DNA of 64,000 nt from a virus. The notes under the pieces were generated by a model. The model saw only the letters and a list, made by a program, of their open reading frames with translations. It did not search any database and had not been told where the DNA came from. Position 1 is the stretch's first letter, and each line of letters opens with the position of its first letter. The stretch spans positions 32,001 through 96,000 of IMG/VR virus record IMGVR_UViG_3300027816_000069, one strand, 5' to 3'. A program made the translations under genes and the position numbers. Below are positions 52,066-62,336 of the stretch, in pieces.

Positions 52066-53412
52066 GTGAAAATATCCAGAAGATCACTTATTCAAAGTGG
52101 CCTATTAGGCTACTCATCATTATCTGCAACTGAGGTTATAGCAGAATCTAAAACTGATAATTCAGTCATACTGGTTTGGTTGCCGGGCGGGCTTTCTCAA
52201 TTAGAAAGTTATGATCCTAAATCACAAGCCAAAAGCGATGTAAAGGGATTATTTAATAGTATTCCTACTAATGTGGTTGGAACTCATATTAGTGAACTAT
52301 TTCCTTTACAGGCACAAATAGCAGATAAATTTACTCTTATACGATCTATGACCCACAGATTCACCGATCATGGTGGAGGGTCCAAAAGAGTAATGACAGG
52401 AAAAGAACCCAAAGTTCCTACAGGTACTATTAACGATACTCCATCTATAGCATCAGTAGTTTCAAAACATAACCATAATAATGGTTGTATTATTCCATCT
52501 AATATTTTATTAGCGGATGGTGGCACTAATTCTGTTGATGAATTTGCACTAGGGTCTGCATTTTTGGGATCGTCATATGATGCCTTTATTGTTGATGGCG
52601 ACCCTTCTGCTAAAAATTTTAAAGTAAACAATATTACTATGTCAGATAGTCTTAAAGGCAGAATTGATGATAGATTACAATTGCTATCTCAAATAGATAA
52701 AATAGATAGACAATTAGATTATTCGCAATCTATGAGTGCTATGGATAATTTTCATAAAAAGGCTTATGATTTATTAACTTCTCATGAAGTTAAAGGAATT
52801 TTTGATGTAGTCTCTGAGCCGTTATCTGTTAGAGAGAGTTATGGATTAAATGCTTGGGGTCAAAGATGTCTTATGGCAAGAAAACTAGCAGAAGCAGGCA
52901 GTAATTTCGTAACTGTAACATTAAGAAATCCGCCAGGATCACCACCAGATCATTCGTATTATAATTGGGATTGTCATGCTGTTAATTGCGATATATTTAT
53001 AGATATGAAATATAAAGCAAATTTTTATGATCAGGCTGTTAGTGGATTAATTAATGATATCTATAATAGAGGATTAGATAAAAATATTTTAGTTGTAGTA
53101 ATGGGAGAATTTGGACATACTCCTAAATTAGAATATAAAGAAGCAAGAGGTAAAATAAGAAATGGTAGAGATCATTGGTCTAAAGCATTTTCTATATTAG
53201 TATCTGGTGGTGGATTAAAAATGGGTCAGGTTATTGGCAAAACAGATGACAATGCTGCATTTGTAATTGATCGTCCTGTGACTCCAGAGGACTTGTGGGC
53301 CACGATTTATAGGCACTTGGGTATTGATGCGTCTAAAGTTATTTATGACCTCAGTGGTCGGCCAATTCCTATTTTAGCAGATGGCAGACCCATAAAAGAA
53401 CTGGTGATTTAA
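52066..53412 (+). CDS. DUF1501 family protein (Tat-type N-terminus)
   Basis: SRRSL, WL.GG.SQLESYDPK, ARKL.EAG, WD.H, GEFG.TP, GRDHW, GGG.K.G.VIG.TD. Confidence 0.9.
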   Translation: MKISRRSLIQSGLLGYSSLSATEVIAESKTDNSVILVWLPGGLSQLESYDPKSQAKSDVKGLFNSIPTNVVGTHISELFPLQAQIADKFTLIRSMTHRFTDHGGGSKRVMTGKEPKVPTGTINDTPSIASVVSKHNHNNGCIIPSNILLADGGTNSVDEFALGSAFLGSSYDAFIVDGDPSAKNFKVNNITMSDSLKGRIDDRLQLLSQIDKIDRQLDYSQSMSAMDNFHKKAYDLLTSHEVKGIFDVVSEPLSVRESYGLNAWGQRCLMARKLAEAGSNFVTVTLRNPPGSPPDHSYYNWDCHAVNCDIFIDMKYKANFYDQAVSGLINDIYNRGLDKNILVVVMGEFGHTPKLEYKEARGKIRNGRDHWSKAFSILVSGGGLKMGQVIGKTDDNAAFVIDRPVTPEDLWATIYRHLGIDASKVIYDLSGRPIPILADGRPIKELVI

Positions 53413-54980
53413 ATGAATATGATACAATATCTGGCTCATGAATTAAATAATAAGGTGTTTCATCTACAAAAACTGCTCAAAGAAACAGAACTTGCTCTGG
53501 ATGAATCAAAAAAAGAAAATATGAAACTATTATCTCTTTTAGAAGCACGGAAAATTTCTCCCAATACGGAAACTGAAACAGCAGACTGTTGCTGAAAAAT
53601 AAAAAATCTCAAGTTGTGCTATTGACAAGCCGATACTGTGAGATAGAATGAGTTAGTCGCTGTGAGAGATTTGATCATGCGATCAACTCACAAAAGACAA
53701 ATTTGGATATGTTTGGAGGTTGATTATGGCTGAAGTTAATGTGCTTGAGAAGCAGAAGAGGATTCGTTGCTCTGACGAGGCTTTTCTTGAGGCGGTTTTT
53801 AGCAGTAAGACTTATGCTGAAGTTTCTGCTAAGACTGGGCAGAAGATTGCCACTACTATGGCTAGGTATGCCCGTGCTAAGGCGGCATTAAAGGCCAAGG
53901 GTGAGGATCTTCCTAAGATGGAAAGAGCAAAGCCTGTTAAGAGTGTGGATAATATTGAGGCTATGGCGGATTTTGTCCGTCGCCTCAAGGCTCACAAGGC
54001 TTGAACATAAATAGCAGCCAACTACAATCGTCCAGAGATAAAGGAACAGCATTTAATCAACCTCTTATCAACGGATATTGTAGTTGGTTGTTTTTATATC
54101 TTGTATTACTAAAAAGGAATAACTTATGAAAAAGACAGAAAGTTTTTTTGAATTAAACGCCATAGGAACTAAGGTACGTTTAGAAGATGATGTGTTTGGT
54201 ACTATAGTTGGGATACATATCTCTCAGAATAATGCTATAGCCTATGAAATTGGATGGTGGAATGGACGATCTTACTCTAAGGATGCTTTCCTTCCTCATC
54301 AATTAGTTATAACTAGTGACGAAAAAATTCGTATAGGTTTTGCATGAATAAGAACGCTAATCCTTTGGATTATGTGCTTAAATGTTCTGAGCAAGGACTT
54401 GTGCCGTATGACTTTGATATATTAAACGCTAAAGACGAACTGAAAAAACTTCGGGATTGTCAAAAAGAACTATCTGAACTAAAACAAATTATGTCTAATA
54501 CTGTAGCATGGGGTTTGGTGAATGATCGTAAAGATATTTATGATCTAAGAACTCAACCTAATCCTTATTATGATCAAACTAAAGTAGTTTCATTATGTTG
54601 CGATCAAAACTCATTTAATAAGATTAACAATGGTAACATATCCTAATAGATTCTTTTATGGTTTTTCTGTGAATGATGGCAATCATAATTCACATTTTAT
54701 TCACTATATTATAGAAACCGTACATGATATATCTGATTATAATGGAGATACTATAATTGAAAGAGTATCTCGTATGGAAGATTATTATCTGAATACCGAC
54801 AGAATAGATGAACCATATTATATTGTATATGGATCACTAAAACCAGAATTTAATGAATCTTCCAAATTTATAGCCTCTTTTGAAAATCTTAGTCAGGCTA
54901 TCTGTTTGGTCGAACATTTAACTGGTAACAAAATAGTTGAATCTGATTTACCTATTTATAGACAAAAGCATGAAAACTAA
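53413..54980 (+). other. hypothetical genes
   Basis: 53413-53595, 53726-54004, 54126-54347, 54344-54646, 54630-54980. Confidence 0.65.
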
Positions 54981-55461
54981 ATATATAGTAGAAATACTTA
55001 GAAGCGAAGGTGCGAGCGCCCAATTTTATTCTATTAAAGGCTCAAAAACTTTAGGCTTTAAAGAATTCTGTTCAAAAAAGACCGCACTCTATGCTTATAA
55101 GGTTCAGAAAAAATTATCTAAACTAGGTTTAGCCCCTAAAGTTTATGTTAAAATTAAACGAGTTCCCATTCATAATCATAATGAGTCTACTAATTGGGGA
55201 TTCGTTACTCAAAAGGCAAGAATTCTAGGGCATAAATATTCTAGAGAAAAAATACAAACTCTTGTTGATAAAATATTCGACAAAACAAATTTAAAGTTTT
55301 GGGACTGCCATTCTTGGAATATTGGCAGATTAAATAACAAGTATGTTTGCATAGATACTGGTAGGGAAAGTTTTGATAGCAATTGTAACGCTTGGGGAAA
55401 TGTTGACCCAGGTCCAAAATGTGACTATTGTTTAAAATATAAATGTAAATGCGAGGAATAA
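54970..55461 (+). CDS. protein-kinase-like fold protein
   Basis: GLAPKVY, D.H..NIG, CIDTG. Confidence 0.55.
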   Translation: MKTKYIVEILRSEGASAQFYSIKGSKTLGFKEFCSKKTALYAYKVQKKLSKLGLAPKVYVKIKRVPIHNHNESTNWGFVTQKARILGHKYSREKIQTLVDKIFDKTNLKFWDCHSWNIGRLNNKYVCIDTGRESFDSNCNAWGNVDPGPKCDYCLKYKCKCEE

Positions 55462-55464
55462 TAT

Positions 55465-55776
55465 ATGCCTTATGTAGATGAAGATGATAGAGAAGAATTA
55501 GATTTTTGTATTGACCAATTAACTAATTGTTTACGCGTTATGAAACACCCCCTGAATAATCCTCATGATTTTAGCATATATCTAGGTAGAATAAACTATT
55601 GTTTTTCTAGAATAATTAGCGGGTTGATGGGTAATCCATCTTATGCTAAGATAGCAATGATTACTGGTGTATTAGAGAATATTAAACAAGAATTTTATCG
55701 TCGCGTAGCATCACCATATGAAGATAAAAAGATTTTGGAATATGGAGATATAAAAGAATATAAAAAACTTAGTTAG
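55465..55776 (+). CDS. conserved phage protein (DUF6899-like)
   Basis: MPYV..G.INY..EFYRR..PYEDKKI...GD. Confidence 0.7.
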   Translation: MPYVDEDDREELDFCIDQLTNCLRVMKHPLNNPHDFSIYLGRINYCFSRIISGLMGNPSYAKIAMITGVLENIKQEFYRRVASPYEDKKILEYGDIKEYKKLS

Positions 55777-55785
55777 GAGATTATT

Positions 55786-56387
55786 ATGTCTAGAGATTAT
55801 GATGATATTATTAAAGAGATAACTAAAAGTAATAAAGAAATTCATAATATGGATAAGAGTTTTTCTAAAGATATAGACTCTCTTCAAAAGAATATTAAGA
55901 CGATAGAGACTAAGTTAGCCAAAATAGATGCTACTCTTGAAAAAGTATACGATCTTTTAACTGCTATAACTGTTTTTATAGAAGAAGCAGAAGAAGATGA
56001 AGAGGTTGACGAAGATTCAGAAGATTGGACCCCTTATGATGAAAGAAATTTTTCATATGAGGACGATGAAGAAGAAAATACAGATAGTGATTATGGTCTA
56101 GAAAATGATTGGGAAGATCATAATGATGATAACTAATGGCTAGTTTAGCGTTAATAGTGGCATTTATATTTTTAGGAATGATATTCTGTGGCCCATTAGT
56201 GCTGCTGTTAAATAGAGTAAATATATTACCTAGAATAATTATTCAATTATTATCTACTGTTTGTATAGTTTATGGATTTTGGTGGATAATCACTCTTGTT
56301 ACCCCTATTCGCTGGCTAGGATTATTGCCCATATATTGTGGGTGGTTAGCCATAAAAACTAAAGAGAGGACACTTGACAGTCGATAG
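55786..56387 (+). other. coiled-coil acidic gene and membrane gene
   Basis: 55786-56136, 56136-56387. Confidence 0.65.
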
Positions 56388-56444
56388 CAGTATGGTACGA
56401 TAGGAGCATCACAGGAACCTTGGTTAAACACTTGGAGACAAACG

Positions 56445-59111
56445 ATGAAGTTGGCAGACAGGACAGTTGAGACTCATAGCACTGGCATTAAGAGTGAGTC
56501 TGGTTTCACTATTGCACAAACCAGCAAAATGTTTAAAATCTTGTCAGACTCGCTGTATTCTGATAAGGTTATGGCCGTTATTCGTGAACTATCAACCAAT
56601 GCTTATGATAGTCATATCGCTTCTGGCAATAAGAATCCATTCAAGGTGATTCTGCCGAATGCTGCTAATCCTAACTTTGTAGTGCGTGATTATGGTACTG
56701 GTCTTAGTCAGGCCGATATGGAGAACCTGTATACAACATACGGGGCTAGTAACAAGAATACTAGTAACGATTTTGTTGGTTGTCTTGGTCTTGGTAGTAA
56801 GAGTCCTTTTGCTTATACCAAGAGTTTTACCACCAGTTCTTATTTTAACGGCCAAAAATATACTTATGTAGCCGCTATTGATGACTCTGGAGTGCCAACG
56901 CTGAATCTGTTTAATATCTCAGAAACAGATGAGCCTAATGGTCTAGAGATTAGTTTTGCTGTAAAGCAATATGACTTTGCTGAATTTAGCAGTAAGTCTA
57001 TGCGTATTTTTCACTATTTTAAGATGAAGCCAATTATTGAGGGTGGCGTACTCAATAATCTAAAAGATCACAAGTACAGTAATCGTAGTATTGTTTTGAG
57101 TGGTGATGGATGGAGAGTTTGTCGTCTAAATAACGATGCTAATTATTATCCCAATGTTCATCATCATATTGATAGTGGTATTGTGGCACTTATGGGTAAT
57201 ATTGCATACCCTGTTAAGGCTAGTCAGATTATTGGTGAGGATAAGCAGACCACTAATGATGCTATTCAGCGTTGGAATCGTGCTTTTCAAAAGGCCGATA
57301 TCGACAGTTGGAAAAGTTTTGTTAATGAAATTATCAATCAGAACCTTTATCTGGAACTTGACTTTAGTATTGGCGAATTGGAAATGGATGTTTCCAGAGA
57401 AGGCTTACAGTATACTAAAGACGTAATTAAGACCTTGCGTGAAAAGACTCAAGAGATTTATCTTGAGATGAAGGAAGAATTTAGCAAGAAAATTTCTGCC
57501 GCTAAAACTAAGGTAGAAGCAATTACACTATATTATACCCTTAATGATCTTGCTGGAGGATGGGGTGTTGGTGCTGAGTGGACCGATAGTAATGGTAAGA
57601 AGCATAATATTAATTCTGGAACAGATCTAGAATATAAGATTGCTGCCGGAAAGAGTATGTACGTTTTTAACTATCGTACTGCTGGCTATCGTTCTCGCCG
57701 CATGGTTTATCAGACAAATAGTATTCATCACAATACTCTTACTGGTAAGGGAGAATACTATTGGAATAGCCAGAAAAAGACAGGCGAACTATCCTTCTTT
57801 GTTTGCGACATTAAAACAGAAGAAACAGCAAAGAAGATTGTTACTAGATATTGCAACGAGAAGAATTGCTTTGCATATCTAATGATTGATACCAAAGATC
57901 ATACTAAAGTTGGTGAAGGTTTTGATGATCTTATTACTGATGTTGGTTCTCATAATATCAAGAAGGTTTCAGATTACAAAGACCTTATTAAGAATAATGG
58001 TCCTCGTAAGTCTAGCAATAGAGGTTCTACTGGCGTTATTAGTGATCAAGATGTATTCTTTATTTATGGTCAATCTAAGAATAGTGGAACAATTTCTTCT
58101 GTTTATAACGATGCGACATATCTGCGTACTCTCACAGAATCTGAACTAGAAGATTTTGAAGATAGTACGGATATTGTTTATGTGCCCATTACGCGATATA
58201 GTAGCGATAGTGGCTATCCATCATTAATGGGCTTAAACAAGATTATCTCTGATAGTTCTTTGTCTACTATGGTCAAAGAATTGTTTGGATCAGTCAAAAT
58301 ATATGCTATTAAGAGTAACTTTGTTAAGAAGTTGCAGAACAGTGGATATAATATGATTGATTTTAATAAGTTTTTCAAGACTCAACTAAAGAAATTGGCA
58401 AGCGGCACATTTGGTCAAATGGCCGAATACAATAGTCTGGTTCAGTTTTGCAAAAACGAAGATGCTAAGATGAGCAAAGACAGTGGATATGGATATGGGT
58501 CTATGGAGAAACAGTTTGTGTTCCATATGCTAAATATTTTTGGTCTAGATTATAGTAAGCATCTAAATAACAAAGATTTGACCGATGCTATAGATCATTG
58601 TCTGGTCATAGAGTTTTTTGCTGATACTGTTCATCGTTCTAATTTTGATATTGCTCGATTTACTCAGAAAGAGTATTTTGATCATATTACCAAACTACTA
58701 AATAAGATCGGTATCACCAGTATTGATAGTAAAAAGATCAAAGATAGTAATATTGCATACAATACTCTGAGTCGTGCAATTGAACACACTATGTACAATT
58801 CGCTAGATCATGATGTTGTTTCTGAATGTCTGGAAATTATTAAGCCAGATATGACCAAGAAGCATACTCTGCCAAAGATTAGTGATATTAAAAATCTAAT
58901 CAAGATCGGGCTTGACAACAACCCGATACTGAAGTATATTGTTGGTAGTCACAGCGTTAGTGGTAATCTTAGGGATTTGCAATTGTCTAACGATCCTGTT
59001 TCTCAACTGCAAGAACGAAATTACTATTATAGAAATAGCAACAAGCCTTGGCTGGCAACTCTAAGTGATGTGGATTCTCTTAGAAAGCAAATTGGTAGTT
59101 TGGTTAAGTAA
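56445..59111 (+). CDS. rIIA: rIIA-like protein (GHKL ATPase)
   Basis: LYSDK..IRELSTNAYD, RDYGTG, GLGSKSPFAY, SREGL.Y. Confidence 0.88.
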   Translation: MKLADRTVETHSTGIKSESGFTIAQTSKMFKILSDSLYSDKVMAVIRELSTNAYDSHIASGNKNPFKVILPNAANPNFVVRDYGTGLSQADMENLYTTYGASNKNTSNDFVGCLGLGSKSPFAYTKSFTTSSYFNGQKYTYVAAIDDSGVPTLNLFNISETDEPNGLEISFAVKQYDFAEFSSKSMRIFHYFKMKPIIEGGVLNNLKDHKYSNRSIVLSGDGWRVCRLNNDANYYPNVHHHIDSGIVALMGNIAYPVKASQIIGEDKQTTNDAIQRWNRAFQKADIDSWKSFVNEIINQNLYLELDFSIGELEMDVSREGLQYTKDVIKTLREKTQEIYLEMKEEFSKKISAAKTKVEAITLYYTLNDLAGGWGVGAEWTDSNGKKHNINSGTDLEYKIAAGKSMYVFNYRTAGYRSRRMVYQTNSIHHNTLTGKGEYYWNSQKKTGELSFFVCDIKTEETAKKIVTRYCNEKNCFAYLMIDTKDHTKVGEGFDDLITDVGSHNIKKVSDYKDLIKNNGPRKSSNRGSTGVISDQDVFFIYGQSKNSGTISSVYNDATYLRTLTESELEDFEDSTDIVYVPITRYSSDSGYPSLMGLNKIISDSSLSTMVKELFGSVKIYAIKSNFVKKLQNSGYNMIDFNKFFKTQLKKLASGTFGQMAEYNSLVQFCKNEDAKMSKDSGYGYGSMEKQFVFHMLNIFGLDYSKHLNNKDLTDAIDHCLVIEFFADTVHRSNFDIARFTQKEYFDHITKLLNKIGITSIDSKKIKDSNIAYNTLSRAIEHTMYNSLDHDVVSECLEIIKPDMTKKHTLPKISDIKNLIKIGLDNNPILKYIVGSHSVSGNLRDLQLSNDPVSQLQERNYYYRNSNKPWLATLSDVDSLRKQIGSLVK

Positions 59112-59136
59112 TCACAGGAAACTAAGGAGATTTATA

Positions 59137-60009
59137 ATGAGTGTTCCATTTATGTTTGTTGACGGTAATTTGACTCTTGTTCTTAACAATAAGAGTTATC
59201 AGGTGTTGCCAGATCATCTAAACTATAAGATGATTCTGGAAGTTCTACCTACTGCTAGTGCAGATGAACTGCTAGAGATGGTGGATATTCAAAAGGCCGT
59301 GACAGTTTATAGTCAGGGTCTTGTGGAGATCAAGGAAGGTCGTGTTCTTTATGATAACGAAGAAGTACATGGTAGTATCAGTAAGCGTATTCTTGAGTTT
59401 ATGAGCAAGGGTCTGCCATTTCAGCCTCTTGTTAATTTCTTGAATAACTTGATGGATAATCCTAGTATGCAGAGTCAGCAGGAACTATATGATTTCCTAG
59501 AGCATGAGCATCTGCCAATTACTGAAGATGGTCATTTTCTAGCATATAAGGCTGTTCGGTCAGATTATATGGACAAGTATGCTGGCAAGTTTCGTAACAA
59601 GGTTGGCGATATTTGTAAGATGACTCGTTCAAAGGTTGATGATAATCGTAGTGTGGGATGTTCTCAGGGACTTCATGCTGGGGCATTGAATTATGTTGCG
59701 TCTTATGGTAATGTAGATGCTGGTGATAAGATCGTGATTGTTAAGATCAATCCTAAAGATGTAGTGAGTGTTCCTAGTGATTGTAATCATGAGAAACTTC
59801 GCACCTGCCAATATGAAGTTGTTGGAGAGTATCAGGGCGAATTGCTCAAGCCTCTTTACTCTGCTAATTTTAATGAAGATGATTATAATGATGATGAAGA
59901 CGAGTATGATAATGACTATGATTGGGGATGGAATGACGATGAAGAAGATATAGATGATGATTTTTATGCTGAACAAGAGGATGAAGAGGACTACGACGAT
60001 CAATATTGA
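59137..60009 (+). CDS. rIIB: rIIB-like protein
   Basis: ITEDG.FLAYK, CS.GLH, P.DVVSVP.D...KLR.C.Y.V. Confidence 0.88.
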   Translation: MSVPFMFVDGNLTLVLNNKSYQVLPDHLNYKMILEVLPTASADELLEMVDIQKAVTVYSQGLVEIKEGRVLYDNEEVHGSISKRILEFMSKGLPFQPLVNFLNNLMDNPSMQSQQELYDFLEHEHLPITEDGHFLAYKAVRSDYMDKYAGKFRNKVGDICKMTRSKVDDNRSVGCSQGLHAGALNYVASYGNVDAGDKIVIVKINPKDVVSVPSDCNHEKLRTCQYEVVGEYQGELLKPLYSANFNEDDYNDDEDEYDNDYDWGWNDDEEDIDDDFYAEQEDEEDYDDQY

Positions 60010-60018
60010 TCGTTGGAG

Positions 60019-60077
60019 GAAGATGGTCCGCTGGGCGGATACTAGTTAAAGAGCGGTTCGATTCCGTTACCATCTTT
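60019..60077 (+). ncRNA. minimal tRNA-like element (acceptor + T arm, no anticodon arm)
   Basis: AAGATGGT/ACCATCTT stem and AGCGG-TTCGATT-CCGTT. Confidence 0.45.
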
Positions 60078-60093
60078 TAAGGACTTATATACA

Positions 60094-60528
60094 ATGCACG
60101 AAGATTATGATGATCATGACTATGATGATGAGGACTACTATGATTATGATGATAATGACCAGTATGATCCTTACAAGTTTTATTTCAAGTTTGATGTGGG
60201 TGCAGACTCACCAATATCAGATATGATTAATAAATGGTTTAATCTTAGTCAAGACTCTTTCAATGGATTACACTGGTATAGTTTTCCAACAAATATTGAT
60301 GGTTGGCCTGTAATTAAGTTTCCTGTGAGTAGTTGGAATCCCAATACTGGCAAGGATAATTCCTTCCAGTATTTGGGGTCCAATTATCAAGGATCACCCA
60401 TATGGAAAAAAAAGTATTTCGTATATAATCCTCTAAATATAGAGTATAAATTACATTTACAGCAACACGCTACACATTTTATACAACAACCGACATATTA
60501 CAAAGGAATGTTTGATATACTCAACTAA
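60094..60528 (+). CDS. hypothetical protein
   Basis: 144-aa ORF with acidic N-terminus. Confidence 0.65.
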   Translation: MHEDYDDHDYDDEDYYDYDDNDQYDPYKFYFKFDVGADSPISDMINKWFNLSQDSFNGLHWYSFPTNIDGWPVIKFPVSSWNPNTGKDNSFQYLGSNYQGSPIWKKKYFVYNPLNIEYKLHLQQHATHFIQQPTYYKGMFDILN

Positions 60529-60537
60529 GGAAAAATT

Positions 60538-60957
60538 ATGAGCGAATGGTTTGTAGTTAAAGACAAAGATCATTTAATAGAATCAACCAGAATATTAGTA
60601 TTTAATAGTTTTGGTAATACAGAATCTAATGTTAAACTAAGTATTAATTCACAAGACCAAGAAGAATTAGATACTATATTATCTTTCAATGAAACTGAAA
60701 ATATTATGATGCCACATTTGCGTAAGCAAAGAAATAAACGCACCAACGCAGAAAGATATCTATTAGAAGATAAGCAATATCAAGAAATCATTCAATTACT
60801 TGGATCTCGTATGGTTAGTAATATTCTACATGGTCTAGTAAAGAAGGGACTAGTAGAATCAGCATTTGATACTGAATGTAATGATTTTATTTTTTGGGTG
60901 CCAGACTTGGAAAAGGGCTTAGAGTCAAATGAAGAAAACAAACCAGAAACCGATTGA
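60538..60957 (+). CDS. hypothetical protein (paralog of 48149-48532)
   Basis: L..LVKKGLVESAFD...NDFIFW. Confidence 0.7.
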   Translation: MSEWFVVKDKDHLIESTRILVFNSFGNTESNVKLSINSQDQEELDTILSFNETENIMMPHLRKQRNKRTNAERYLLEDKQYQEIIQLLGSRMVSNILHGLVKKGLVESAFDTECNDFIFWVPDLEKGLESNEENKPETD

Positions 60958-61327
60958 ACACGATGTACACCTAAAATATTTGTGTAAGAAGTGTGGTCAA
61001 ATTCATTGGCTATCTCTTAAAGAGTCGTCTACCAAACACTTTAAAATTGTTTGTGACTGTGGTAATATTTTTGGAGTAAAGCGAACATCCAGAATCAAGA
61101 TTCTGTATTCTAAAGTTTCCAAAACTTCTACAACCACTAAATCACCACCTACTTCAACTCCACAACCTATTCCCGACTCTTTATTGTCACAAGGAATTGG
61201 TGTGTTGTTGCCCTATGGCTTTACAAAAAAAGAAGCCAGTGAACTGTTAGAGAAAACGTATATGCTGCATCCTACACAGGATATAGCGTCTTTGGTTAAA
61301 GAATCATTATCTTCATTAAGGAACTAA
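60929..61327 (+). CDS. Zn-ribbon plus RuvA C-terminal-like domain protein
   Basis: CKKC..CDC; LLPYGFTKKEASELL..DIASLVKESL; adjacent to ruvB. Confidence 0.55.
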   Translation: MKKTNQKPIEHDVHLKYLCKKCGQIHWLSLKESSTKHFKIVCDCGNIFGVKRTSRIKILYSKVSKTSTTTKSPPTSTPQPIPDSLLSQGIGVLLPYGFTKKEASELLEKTYMLHPTQDIASLVKESLSSLRN

Positions 61328-61329
61328 TT

Positions 61330-62235
61330 ATGGCAAACTATCTTAGACCATCATCTTTTGACGAAGTAATCGGCCAAGGCGATACTATCAACCGTCTAAA
61401 AATCATGGTGAGAGGCTGTTTAAAATCTGGAGGGGTGCTACCTCATGTTTTAATTGACGGGCCTCCTGGCCTTGGTAAAACGACAATAGCGGGTGCTATA
61501 GCGAACGAGTTGGGGGTCAACTTGTATACGCTCAATGCGGCCAATATCCGTAGCATCAAGAACATCCTTCCGTATTTAATGAGCATATCTCCACGATCAG
61601 TATTGTTTATTGATGAGATTCATAGACTGCCTAAGATTGTAGAAGAATTTCTATATCCAATCATGGAGGATTTTGTTCTTAGTATTACTGTGAAAGATGA
61701 TAATGATAAAGAACAACCAACAACTATTGATCTTCCGGCCTTTACATTGGTAGGAGCAACAACTAGCGGTGGCAGTTTGAGCCAGCCTTTCTATGATCGT
61801 TTTATCATTAAAGAACATCTATCTTTTTATAACCTGAGTGAGTTAGCCAAACTAGCAGGATTGACAGCAAACAAACTCGGACTAATGATAGACGACTATA
61901 GTCTTGAGCAAATTGCTATGAGGAGTAAAGGTACTCCTAGAATTTTGCAAAGTAGGTTGCACTGGTATAGGAATTATATCATGTGTGAAAAAGATACTAA
62001 GAATGATATTGATGCTATTTTTCAACTACAGGGTATAGATAGTCAGGGATTAGATGTATATGATAGATTGTACCTAGATATTTTGCGTAAGGCTAAAGGA
62101 AATCCTTTAGGATTGAAAACCATATCTTCTATGACAGGAATAGCCATAGAGACTATTGAAAATAGTATTGAGCCTTATCTTGTAAGAGCTGGATTTATTC
62201 AGCGCACACCAAAAGGAAGAATTATAGTAAAATAG
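61330..62235 (+). CDS. ruvB: Holliday junction branch-migration ATPase RuvB
   Basis: LRP..F...IGQ, GPPGLGKTT, FIDEIHRL, GATT, GTPR, EPYL...G.I.RTP.GR. Confidence 0.93.
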   Translation: MANYLRPSSFDEVIGQGDTINRLKIMVRGCLKSGGVLPHVLIDGPPGLGKTTIAGAIANELGVNLYTLNAANIRSIKNILPYLMSISPRSVLFIDEIHRLPKIVEEFLYPIMEDFVLSITVKDDNDKEQPTTIDLPAFTLVGATTSGGSLSQPFYDRFIIKEHLSFYNLSELAKLAGLTANKLGLMIDDYSLEQIAMRSKGTPRILQSRLHWYRNYIMCEKDTKNDIDAIFQLQGIDSQGLDVYDRLYLDILRKAKGNPLGLKTISSMTGIAIETIENSIEPYLVRAGFIQRTPKGRIIVK

Positions 62236-62336
62236 AGACTATATAATAGTATTAATAATTCAAAGAATAGCTAAATATAACATATCGGTGTATTATATTA
62301 TGCGATTTTTGTTTCACGATAATGGAGTATTCCACC

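Noticed and set aside
59870-60170. GAT/GAC-rich tandem repeats
   Set aside because: Low-complexity coding of acidic protein ends
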